Shown piece after piece: positions 11,873 to 23,198 of a stretch of 64,000 nucleotides of DNA. A program made the translations under genes and the position numbers. This stretch comes from Klebsormidium nitens (lineage: Eukaryota; Plantae; Klebsormidiophyceae): the NCBI GenBank assembly GCA_000708835.1, contig DF237087.1, forward strand, positions 1-64,000. Direction: 5' to 3'. Under the pieces are notes generated by a model that had not been told where the DNA came from, ran no database searches, and saw only the letters and a program-made list of their open reading frames with translations. The stretch's first letter is position 1; each line of letters begins with the position of its first letter.

Positions 11873-14800
11873 TCATGCTGCCAACGGGACGAAGGAGCCG
11901 TGCAGCCCGAACGGCACCCTCTGCGGAATCGCGAGACGGGCGACGGGAGGCTCCGAGAAGCGCTGCGCGTCCACGATCAGGAGCTGCGGATTGAACAAGA
12001 ACGGCTACAATCAGAAGCGCGCAACATAGAGACGCGAAGATCGAAAAAAGCTCCACTTTTGAGGGGAGAATAAATCGCCGAGTCGTGAAGAGCAATCAGA
12101 AGACGTAAGAGTCGGGCACTCTGTGAGACATGCTGAGATTCAAAATGTTCCTACTTATGTACCCATCTAGACTTTGGTCTAAAGAGCCCGTCACTCAAGC
12201 GCTGAAGGACTCGACGACGACCTGAACATTGGTACGCTGGAGAACATCCATCGTTTGAGGAATGCGCAGCAAACCGGACCCTGTCTCCGCGATAAAAGTT
12301 GGTAGAAAAAGTGACCGACGAAGGTGCCGATTGAAAGCGGGGGACGCTATTTCAACATCTCCGCTAAAAGAGAGTGCGAATGAAGGCGGCGCTTGAGAGG
12401 GGTGCTAAGATATCCAGCAGAATCGAAGAAAGCTTCGCACAAAGCGCTGCCGTTAGCGGAGCAAGTGTCCTCGCTGACGTGAGCATCTAACAGCTGACAT
12501 ATGTTGTGGCGTGCGGCCTTGAAGAGGAGTGTGTTCTCACCTCTGACGTGTCCGTGTTCCGGTCGTATACGAAGCAGACGAGCCAGCCGTCGTCCTCTTC
12601 CGTCGCTCCGTCCCGCGGAACGAACGACGGCTCGGAACCGAAGCGGTCGGGGCCGAAGTTGTGGAACTCCATCTTGATCGGCACCTGCAAGTTTGAAAGT
12701 GGCGGATAAGCAATTCGGTTGTAACAAAGAAGAGGGGGCGAAAATCCTTGCGAAATTAGGACGACCCCGCAACTAAGAACCTTATCACAAACTCTGCAGA
12801 CTTACGATTCACAGGATGATTGTTATCTTCTTTCCGTTCGAGCGGAGCAGATCTCTTGAGGTATCGCACAAGCAACTACCTTGAGCCAGAAAGTTGTTTT
12901 GTGAGAGAAAGGAACGGCATAAGCCATTCTCAAGAGCAAAATGCATCCTTGCGACTCGCGGCTTTCACCCCGGTTCTTTTCCGCAATACTCCTGCTCGCC
13001 TCCACGTTATGCACAAGATGAGGACCCACTACAGTACTTACAAGATTACCAACCGTTTGTGTCGAAGCAGGGATTAAGCAGGGAAAGGCGGGCGCAGCCA
13101 AGTGGTTTCGTCTCAATGCCCTGAGCCAATTCTCAATTTTGATCCTCGATTTTCAGTTTTTCATCCTCAAATCTCACCTGCGCGTTCTTCTCGTCGGGCA
13201 GGTAATACTTGACGATGCTCGTGTGCAGCGGCATCCCCTCCCGCACCGTAGCGTCCGTGTCCGTCACTAACCCGTACCCAAACCGGTTCCTAAACCCGGC
13301 GTAGTTATCGTTGATCCGGGGCATGTCCGCCGAGAAGTCCAGGGGCGTCAGCATCTTCTCGGTTACCCCCCCGGTCTTCAGGTTAATCCGCCACTCGGTT
13401 AACCGCGCCTTTAACCCGCCATCCGGCTTGCCCAAGTGCTCGGCGAACCACTCCGAGGCGGACTGGTCGGGCGGGGTGCTGAGGGCCGGGTTCTTGGAGG
13501 CGCAGCCGTACAGTACAATCTGCGCAGCAGAAGCAGAAAAAAAAACTTTTGCGCTCATTGAAGTACTTGTCATCACTCGATTTTTGTTGCAAAATCGTCT
13601 TGCAGAAATCTAAAAACGTAAAAAAAAGGGCCCAGAAGACTACCAAACCAGCAGAAAAGGCCGTGTGCCGGGCACCGGGCATATCCAAACAAGTCGGCCA
13701 TCGATAATCGGATGGTGCAAGGGCTGCAAAAGGAGAAGGAAGATAAAAACACCGTAAGCATTGCCAACAGTGCTTGATCCTTCTTGGGTCACACATAAAA
13801 AACGTCGGTCTGATTCTCAGTTGACGATGTCAGATGCCCGGAAAATACTGAGCCCAACAAGTTATCACTTCCTTGGGAAGAAAGGCGGAGCCAATGAAGA
13901 GACACGCTCGTATGACAGATACTGGAATGAAAGGGCAGGAAAGAGACGAACACTACAGGCTGCGCACTGCAAACAAAGTCGGCTTTGGCTAAGTGAAGCG
14001 AAGCAGAAAGAACTCTGAAGAAACGACATGATGAGCGGAGGACAGGTCAGCTCGTGACGTACCTCGTTCCCGTCCTCGTATGCGTTGAGCGTATGGAACG
14101 CAAAGCACGTGGCCGTCTCGAACCAGCGCACCGACTCCCTGCCACCGAAGCGCGGCATGACGCCAAACCGCGCGGGCTGATCCGGCTCGAACTCGATCAG
14201 CTCCCCCCCGCGGAGCTTCCGCTGGAAGTCGAACGTCAGCGGAAAGTCGAGGATGACGTTGTAGTTCTCCGTGATCGCGAAGTCGTGCATCATGGTCGGG
14301 CGCTTCACGTCCAGGGGGGTCTTGTGCACTAGCTCGCCAGTCTTGGACGCGACCCCCACGGAGCAGTACGGGGGCGTGACCGCGTAACCGAAGAAAACCA
14401 TGTCCCCATTTCGGGGGTCTATCTTTGGGTGGGCTGTGAAGGGGAAGTCGAGCTGGCCGTCGAAGTCGTAAACGCCGACGGTCGTGAGATCGTCCATATC
14501 AACTTCGTGGGGGGGGCCGGCCTCCATGAGTGCCAGCAGTCTGCCGTGGTGCCCCACGACGTGGGTGTTGGCAGTTTGCTGCAAACACAGGGTTAAGAGA
14601 GTCGGGAACTGTTCTACAGCTGTCTGTGGGTTTGAAGGAGCTGAGGCTACGTGCAGGGTTTCAGGACCGTTTCAAAAACTACCTGTGAAACTTCAACGAG
14701 CTGAGGCTACATGAGAAGTGTTCGAGCCAGGTAGAAAAGACAAAGGCTTCGTCACCCACACACGAAGCCTGTGATGATAGGTTCAAAGATTGGGGAAGCA

Positions 14801-16459
14801 TGTCACGGTCCGATCCCTTGATGAACGGATTCTACCAAGTCTTTATCCAGATTTCCAAAACTCTTCAGAACTAATCGGCACATCCTGCTGATTCAAACAA
14901 CTGTTGCCACCTCACCTTGAACCCAATTCCGTGCAGCACCGAGTTAACCGCCATGTTTTCCAGCAAGTTTCCGGCCGCAAGTGTACCCATCAGAACTGGC
15001 TTCCCCGCTTCATTTTCCAGCTTATACCCCTCTGTCCCGACAAACTTGTTCTGATAGCTAGGCTTTCCGTTTTGAAACCGCACCGCGTGCAGCATGCCAT
15101 CACCCTCGAACCAGTGGTACTTGGTCAGGCTGCCCGTGAGCGAGCGGTATGTTTTGGGCATGAACTGAGGGTTGGGACCTGTGAAGAGGAAAGCGTAACT
15201 TCGTTCGGGAGAGGACATCCCCTTGTTCCATGACAAATGCTCCATTGGGCTATGAGCCGTTCGAAAGCCAGAGTATGGACTATTCAAAGCTTAGATAATG
15301 CTCGAATTCTTTGGAAGAGTTCATCGACTGGTTTTGAAGGAGGCCAACTTGAGCATGTTCTTGCTGAATCATTCTTTGGCCGTTCCTGTACTGGAAAACG
15401 ATACTTATACATAATTCCGACACTTGTGCGTATCCTGGGGGTGGCTCTGACTGTAAGATGCTTGTTGCTGCTAAAAAAATATCTAGATCGAAAGTAGCCG
15501 GCAGAAGTGCCATGCAATTGCTCACAGAGCCTGGTACGCAATCCTTCCTGCCCAAATGCATTCTCTCAAATACCGATGGGCACAGCTTTCGGCGGCGCGC
15601 AAGCTTAGTCTTCTGTCTGCTGTACACCACACTAAGCGCGTTTTAAAAGGAATGCAGGGTCGTGCAATCGAAGAGTTTACTGACAATGCTTGAAAGAAAA
15701 GCGAAGCCACCTCGATTCCATGACACTCCAATCCTTTTTCCCTCTGACAAGCCAATGAGATGATCAAATCGGGATATGCAACTCACCATTGCGGACATAC
15801 ACCCCATCCGGAAACCCGCTGGGCACGGCTCCCTCTAGAACCCTCACTGGCATCCTCCCCTCCAGCTCCGGCACTGGTGCAAAGTTGCCCCTCAGAGCGT
15901 AATCCACTTCTGGCGCCTCCACCCCCCCAGGACCGACCTCCCTGAATAAGCCCGCCCCCGCCGCCACAGCCACGGTCCCTACTGCCTTCTGCACTCCCTT
16001 TGCAATTGGATTACCAAACGCCAATTCTCCAACCCAGTCAAACGGACCCTGCTGACGCGGGGCCGTCTTCGGCCGCTGCCTTGCGGCCCTGCGAAGTGCC
16101 TCCACCCGCTGGCTGGACATTTCTTTTGGGGGGGTGTACATTTTCCCTGGGTTTGAAGCCCCCCGCTCGGTCACAGCCTGTGTCCCCTCCCCTTTCTCTG
16201 CAAGTCCCGCCCCCCCTTTTGATGCATTTGCGGCGACGACTCTCTTTGCTGGCTTCCTATCGTTGCTGATGTCAGCGCGCACCGTGTGCCCGCGTCGACT
16301 CTGACGTAGGGGGTAGAGGGCAGGCTGGAAAGTAGATGTTCCTGAGCCCCCCCCGCAGAAAGGGCTGCCAGCGCAGCGAAGAAAACCAGGGGTGCTGCTG
16401 GGCAGTTGTTGGATCAAAGTGGATCCAGAAACTGTATGCAAACATAAGAGAGACTGCAT
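11873..16459 (-). CDS. CCD: Carotenoid cleavage dioxygenase (RPE65/CCD family, CCD1/CCD4-like), predicted plastid-targeted
   Basis: 6 exons in phase: 16459-15787, 15178-14916, 14578-14063, 13519-13178, 12684-12541, 11983-11873 (682 aa). [36 protein letters not shown], and all four iron-binding His contexts ([28 protein letters not shown]). Confidence 0.95.
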
Positions 16460-18412
16460 CAAAAAGTGAATGAATAACAGCTGAACGACACTCTCTCTCC
16501 CTCTTTTTAAATGTCTAAACAAGAATGTCTAGCTTCGCTCCGCACTTCGACCTTCATTTTCTTCCTAGCTGGATCCTTGTTCAAAAGCTGATTCAACAGA
16601 GCTCTTACTTTGCTCAGGTTGTCAAACGCAATGCACTTGTGCCAGTAACGTTTCTGCTGATCTACTGTACATGTTCTGAGGCCCAATGCAGATGCACAAC
16701 CAGCAACTGCTTTGAAGGGGCACCTTGCCAAAGGTCTGTCTGCTAACTTCTGAAACATCCAAAGCACAAGACAACGAATGCGCCACATGGAAGATGGACG
16801 GGGTGACAGCACCATGGAAAGAGCAGAAGGTTATTGTAGAGAGACTACTGGCAGCCAAATCCTATCCTGTTTTCTCTGAGCTTGTCACCAGCCCACCACT
16901 TCATGCATGTATCCAAGACCAGGATGATTTGCCAGAAGCGGCTTGCACACTTTTCATGAACTCATGCAGCTTGGCAAACCAAAAGTGATACCAACAGGTT
17001 AGATAGAAAGGCCCACTAGGCCTGGCCATGCGCTGACAGCGAATGTATGACAACACTCCATCCCAGGCACTGGTCACAAAATTGAGCCACCACCCTTTAG
17101 GACAGTCAACAAAGAAAAGGCAAACGCTCAGTGCCCACCTGTCAACTGAGGCGCCATTCTTCTGTGGAGAATGCAACTTGCCAAAAGCAATAGAACTGGT
17201 CACTTCACCTCCTCAACCTCAACCTGCTGCTTAGTGTCTTCCCTCCAATGTGGCGGCGCTAGTCAAAGTGTGGTGACTGAACAATCTGAACAATCCAGCT
17301 CGAAGGAAGGCAGTATGGAAAAAGGGTGTATCCAGAGGAATATGTATCGGCAGGATAGCTACTAATCCGTACTGCTCGCTTGCCGCTATACCTTTGCAAT
17401 CTCAGCTCAACCTACAAGGTGCTGCTGTGTCCGCCCACCCTAATTCAGCCCCCGCCCCAGCTTCGAAAGCGAAGTGCCTTGATCTGCACGGCGCACGCTT
17501 GATAGGAAAAAGCCTCCTCTTGAGTTCAATCTCGATTCTGCAAGAGACAAGAGTGGGGACGAAAGCGTCGCGAGATACCCAGCATGGCAAGCACCCCTTG
17601 TGCTTCCAGATCAGATCTTGGAAACACACGTGTGCAAGCTGCGCTGTGGCTTCCAAGTTCCATGATGACGAATTAAGGAAGTTCCGCGTCGTGTTTCCAG
17701 CAGTGCTCGCCTAGCACGAAGCCTGGCATAGACTGTAGTACCTAGTAGCTATACCAATTTAGCGATACCGGCTTATGAAGTCTCACTCTCAGTTCAGTCT
17801 GCACTGGTTCTGGCGAGTTCTGGCGCAGTTGCCGCGAGAAGTGAAGATACGGCAGCCCAGGTAGAGGGCCCAGAATGAGCCACGTAAGCGCGCAATCTGC
17901 CCTCGTGGCTTCTAGTGAGCGACGTCCAAATACAAATCTGCTGATGCTTCTGACAAGTCAGCAAACCCCCTGGCGCGCTGATTGCGCTCAGGAACTGGGC
18001 AGTGGGGTTCAAGTTTCTGACACGCACGCAACTAGCAAGCGCGCTTTGCGCTCGCGAGCACGCCCAGTTTGATTGGAGTCTGGACTCTGGACCCCTTTCT
18101 CCTCTGAGTCTGAGAATCTAGATTGAGCCCTGGAGGCTGGAATGCCTGCTGCCTTCGTGAAGGTGGTGGGATTGGAATTTGAGAGCTCCATGAAAATTAA
18201 ACTTTGTCCATTCCCTTTTGAGGGCACGGGTTGATGCTTCCAGCACAATATTCGCGGCGCTCCTGATAGTGCTGAGTGCCTTTGCTGGTTCACTGGAAAA
18301 AGACGATTGACGTTGCTGCAGCGCCAAGAGCGGCGCAGGTCGCACTCAGTGCCGGCATCTGCTTCTCTCAAGCACTGCACCCATAGCTCTGACGTCCAGC
18401 CAGCTAGTCAGG

Positions 18413-20627
18413 ATGCAGAACTGCGGCGCGCGGCATTGCAACATCAATGGGTTCAAATGGGGCACTCCGAAGCCGCATTGCAATGTGGGAGCGGTGTCAG
18501 AGTCACGCAGCTTCCTACGTGGACTTGTTACATCAGCCCGTATTTGTCGTCGAGTTGGCCAAAGAAGTGGCAGGTACAGAGGTCCAGATAGAATACAAAG
18601 CTTTTGCCACAGTCTGGTAGATGGGGCTGATGGAGAATCTGCCCATGTCTTACACCACTTTTCAAAACAGCGAGTTTGCATTCAGAACCAAGGCGACAGA
18701 AGGATAGAGAGGGGCTGTACGTGCATTACAAGAACGCGAGCCGCTGAAATCAGGGGTGGTGCAGCTTCATCCGATCATACGCTTTCGAACTCTCTGCTTC
18801 TGGGCAGAGCGGTTGCAGCCAAAGCAGTCACTTACAAAGATACAAATAGTACAGTTGAGCCCGTGTTGAACCCAATCTCGACTTCAGCGAAAAGCGAAAG
18901 GAGAGATCGGTGGCGCCCCAGCTTTGCCTGGCTGCTCGCACTCAGTCTGCTCTTAGGAGACGCCAGCGCACTGGCGCCAGCGGCGCAAGCCTTTCCGTTC
19001 TTTGGGCCGTCGCAGGAGAAGGACCCAGTGGAGCCGTTTGTGATCTACGGAACTGTGGAGTGAGTGCCACTCCTGGTGCGCGCATGCATTAAGATGCTCG
19101 TTTGATGCGCAGAATGAGTTCCTAACTGATGAAGTTCTGTTGATGCCACACCAATTAGAGCAAGGAAATGCAGAAGGGTTGTTTGATGGTGGAGCTTCCT
19201 GTCACAAAGAGGTAAGATTGAGGGAATTGACGAAAGTAAAGCTTGCTTTGACATCTATCAATCAATCCGCTTCTTTGTTTGGAAGAGGGATGTGATCTTA
19301 CACTCGTTAGCTGACCCGCAAACTCTAATTGCAGGAAGAAGTTTCTCATTGAGAAAATCGAAGATGGGCGCATTGTTGGTCGTAAGAAAGGCTTTACGGC
19401 CTCTGTATGGTGAGCCTCTTTGCCGGTCGATGCGCACCTTCAATACCTCACTGCGGTGTTCTCAACCTTTTTAGCTATCTACGGGGGCATGAAGCGGAAG
19501 CTTTGCACATTACCCAGCGCACAATGTTTCATGAGTTGCGGCCAGCCCTGAAAGGTCTTCGGCCAATGCAAGGTTCAAATCTCTCATGATCCAAATGCGG
19601 TTTGGATGGTGTCGCTGTCAGGGCATTCACTCGTTATTCAGGTATCTACCTGATAGCTGTTGCTCCTGTCTAGAAGTCGTCTGTTGATCCTCCCTGCAGT
19701 GCAAAATGCGTAGGGGCCAACGCGGAGACTCCGGAGTTTCTCGGGCTGCCTACTGGCATGAAGGTATGATGCAGTGGGTACCTCTACTTCTGACTTTCAG
19801 CATCTGATAAGCCTCTCTTTGCGTACCAATGGCGTGTGGATTTGACCAAACGAGAAGGCGCCCGCTTCCCCATCGACCACAACTCTGCTTTGCAGACGAG
19901 GGAGAGATTCAGAGTCACATGGGTTTGAGGTTACCCTTGGCATGAAGTTTTCTGGTTCATCGACGGTGGACCGATTCAGGGACCATGCATTCGAGTTCAA
20001 CTGTGCATGAGCATTGCGGTAGATACAGTTTCGCTCTTGGGCCCGATAGATTATCCACCAGTCTCTGCCGGGTTCCTCCCGGCAGTGTGCTACCGTGGTA
20101 ATTGGAAGGTTGAACGAACGGACAAGCTACCTCCTGGCTTGGGGGCCTTAGAAATTTGAAACCCCGAAGACTCTAGCAAGTACAGACGGCCAGTAACTTT
20201 ACTCGAGCGTTTGCAGCACCCCTGCCCAGAAAGTCGTGCGTTCATCGAATATGCTCGTGCCTTCCGGTTCCCCTGCTGCTTGCTGCGATCTGCACGTTCG
20301 ACCTGGGACTTTGCATCTGTAACGCCTCAATTGGTGAATTCTAGATGCAACTTTTGGAAGGCCAATAATTTTGGAACGCAGATGGAGGAGGCCCCTGGGG
20401 AGCAGAGCTGCAGCAAATGGGAGGCCGCCAGCAAGGACGAAGTGTGCGCAAAACCGTGCAAGCTCTCGTGCGACGACGCGGTCGCGCGGCAGGTTCGGCT
20501 CGAGCGCGCATCTACGGGGTACGAGCTCGACCCGGGGGATCGACAGAAGGCGCTGCGGGGCTGTGCGGCGGCCTGCGAGAACGAATGTGAGCCGCTGATT
20601 GTGGATCTGACGGCTCGGATGGGTTGA
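18413..20627 (+). CDS. Uncharacterised cysteine-rich protein with bipartite thylakoid-lumen-type signal; both ends uncertain
   Basis: Exons ...-19059, 19335-19409, 19700-19763, 20382-~20627 join in phase through canonical sites. RR motif, hydrophobic WLLALSLLLG and AQA cleavage-like site precede FPFFGPSQEKDPVEPF. The start codon and a possible extra last exon are unresolved. Confidence 0.7.
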
Positions 20628-22637
20628 GAGGACGGGTGGGACCTCCTTGGTCTATTCTGGATGCACGGTTTTTGGATTTCAGCGAATGGCGGTTCCCTAT
20701 GAAGTATAGACCTGCGAGAAGAGCATGCGACATACGGGTACTCTATGACTGATACGAAGGAGTCCAATTCTGCTTGATATGATCGTACCCGCTCGCTGGC
20801 AGGGGCCGCCGTGTGCGACTCTTGTTGACGGTCATTACTGGTTCAGATTCGCTTTGCTTGGCGTTGCTTTCCCATTGTGCTCTAACGGCCAAGTGATTCG
20901 ACCAAGAACATTGAATGTGAAAAGCGCACCTCGGCAGCGATGGGATTCCGCGCTTCAAATCAGCAGACCGTTTCTGCCACGTGGCTTTCAATGATTGCAT
21001 CTTGGGCCGTTCCCAACAGCGCCCTGTGGATTCCGACCATTACGGGACCTTGGAAAGCGGCTCTGTTCCTGTTCGCCATACTTCTGCGCTACTCCGTTAT
21101 ATTGCTCCTGCCTGCCTACCTTCAAACCTGCCCACGCTTACTTTTGTGAGCGCGCATCTGCTGACTCTGGATAACTTCAGTGTTGAGTGCACTGCAACCC
21201 GTGAAGCTCTTCAGAGCGTCGCTCTTGACTTCTTCCACCATGCTAGTACAAGATCCTGCTACGGCCCTGAGCTCGCCACAAGTTAATGGCATAACAATGG
21301 CAAATCGTCGCACACACGGCTACCCAAGCGCAGATTTCCCGCTTTTCCCGTCCGGGACCCGCCTTCTATTCTCCGCATTGCTAGATTGCTCACATCTGAG
21401 TGCTTTGGAACAAGGGTCTCCACGTTCCTCTGGATACTCGCATCCTCTAAGACCGTGACATTGCTCCTCCAGGTCAGAAGCCCGGGCGGTCGTCGGCCTT
21501 CGTGGTGCCCATTCGGCCGTGAGCGTCCTCTGACGTCTTTTCGCATGCAATCTTCGCCGAGCTCTTTAGAGGACGGATGGGGTTTCGCTCCTTGACCATC
21601 GCTCAGGCCGCCAAGTGCGTGGGAAAACTACCCGGTTATTTGGAGCGCCGATCGCCCAGCAGATGTCGCTCGAGCAGAGGACTTCCCTCGGACTACTCTG
21701 TTTTTCAACCTCGCTCGCCTAAGACGGGCCGTCCTCGCAAGTGCACGCTTGACGGAGCTGCGACGAGGGGAAGGCATCTTTCAGCGAGTAATACTGTCTC
21801 GACTGAGGCTGCCCTTTCAATCTCACTTAGACCAATGTTCTTACTCGTGAGCTTCTTGACAAACGAGCTGCAGCTGGCAGTGGTCCCATTGTGTCGCCAA
21901 CTGGCACTGATTGCTCATTGCATGGCAAAGCTTGAGCGCGACCTTCTGCTAGAGCCATGCGGGGTCGTATCTGGGAATTGTGTTTGAAGGCGCCCCTCCA
22001 GCGTGATGGATCAATGGCCCATGTTCGCGCGGAGCTAGTGGTATAATTCAATCTTGTCAGATGCTGCAGAGCACGAATTACGGTCATAAATTGAAACCGT
22101 CGCACGAGCCGCTCAGCAATTGTGCTATAATCCAGTGGCCCATACTGCACATGGCCCAAGGCCCACATGCGCAGGCAACCGCGAGCCTGGCGGCATATGC
22201 ACGATGCATATTGTGCGCAACTTAGATTGTAGAAATTTGAGTCGATCCCCGGCTCGGATGTGCCACGGTGTGAGTGCACAGACTGGGTCCATACATATTT
22301 GCCGTCAATCAGCATTCATTGAATGCCGATCAATGGCTTCAGGCTACCTGCATGTAAACTTGATGCGGCAGCTGTTTTATTGTTCGACCGATCTTCCTCT
22401 CTGATACGTTAAGCATAGCACAACTATCCAACAAGCAGATAGCTCCTAAAAGACTCTTCAATCCGTACCTGGCCCGCACAAGCAGGCTCCTTAATACCGT
22501 CTCAAGAAGGACCGGGCGTTGAACTGCTAGACGGCCAGCCTGGCCCCAACAGCACATACAGCTCTTCGTTAGAAAAAAGTAAAGGGCGCCCATTTTACAC
22601 TGATTAGCCGAGCAAACACTAGACTGTCGCTGATCAT

Positions 22638-23198
22638 TCACAAGCCATCAATGTCACTGTCCACCCACGACCACCAGTCGGGCTGCGACATTCCGGCCAG
22701 CATCGCATCTGCCGCCGTTTCTTGCGCCGCCGCGACGGGGTAACACTCGCCTGTGTGACCGTCCGGTCCGTCGTCTTTCCGCTCAAAGTTTTGCGGCTCC
22801 TCCAGTCGCGGCGATCCACCCCACAGCCACCAGTCCGGCTGCGACAGCCCCGCGAGCATCGCGTCCGCCGCATACTCCTGTTCCGCCGTCCATTTGCCAT
22901 GTGCGTCCTCATCCTCCCCTTCTCTAGTTTCTACCATTGGCTCCGCTTTCGGTAGCTCGTCGAAACTGACCCCCCTCGCGAACTGCTCGTGACCTCCCCC
23001 TGTCGCCAACTCGTCGACCCGCTCCCTCCTCACAAACCCGTCGAAAGCGCCCCCTCGCTGCGTTTCGTCCGGGAGCATTGCACTCGCCGTGCTCTCCGGG
23101 GGTGTCAAACTGCGCTCCAAAGCGGCCCCCACGAACGCGCCGCTAGGCGACCCCCCCCACGTCAGCGTGGCACCCCCAGATTCTAGGGCTCGAGCACC
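22638..23198 (-). CDS. Coding segment with two AADAMLAGxSQPDWW repeats; probable out-of-frame continuation of DODA paralog 1
   Basis: Open frame (part of ORF 22638..23435). The two motif copies differ mostly at synonymous third positions. One extra G in the run at 23197-23206 would join it to the DODA1 frame. Confidence 0.65.
   Translation of the reverse strand, partial: GARALESGGATLTWGGSPSGAFVGAALERSLTPPESTASAMLPDETQRGGAFDGFVRRERVDELATGGGHEQFARGVSFDELPKAEPMVETREGEDEDAHGKWTAEQEYAADAMLAGLSQPDWWLWGGSPRLEEPQNFERKDDGPDGHTGECYPVAAAQETAADAMLAGMSQPDWWSWVDSDIDGL

Noticed and set aside
20760-22620. Several 60-160 aa ORFs on both strands
   Set aside because: No recognisable motifs, no convincing splice chain and no consistent codon bias; treated as intergenic or UTR sequence.
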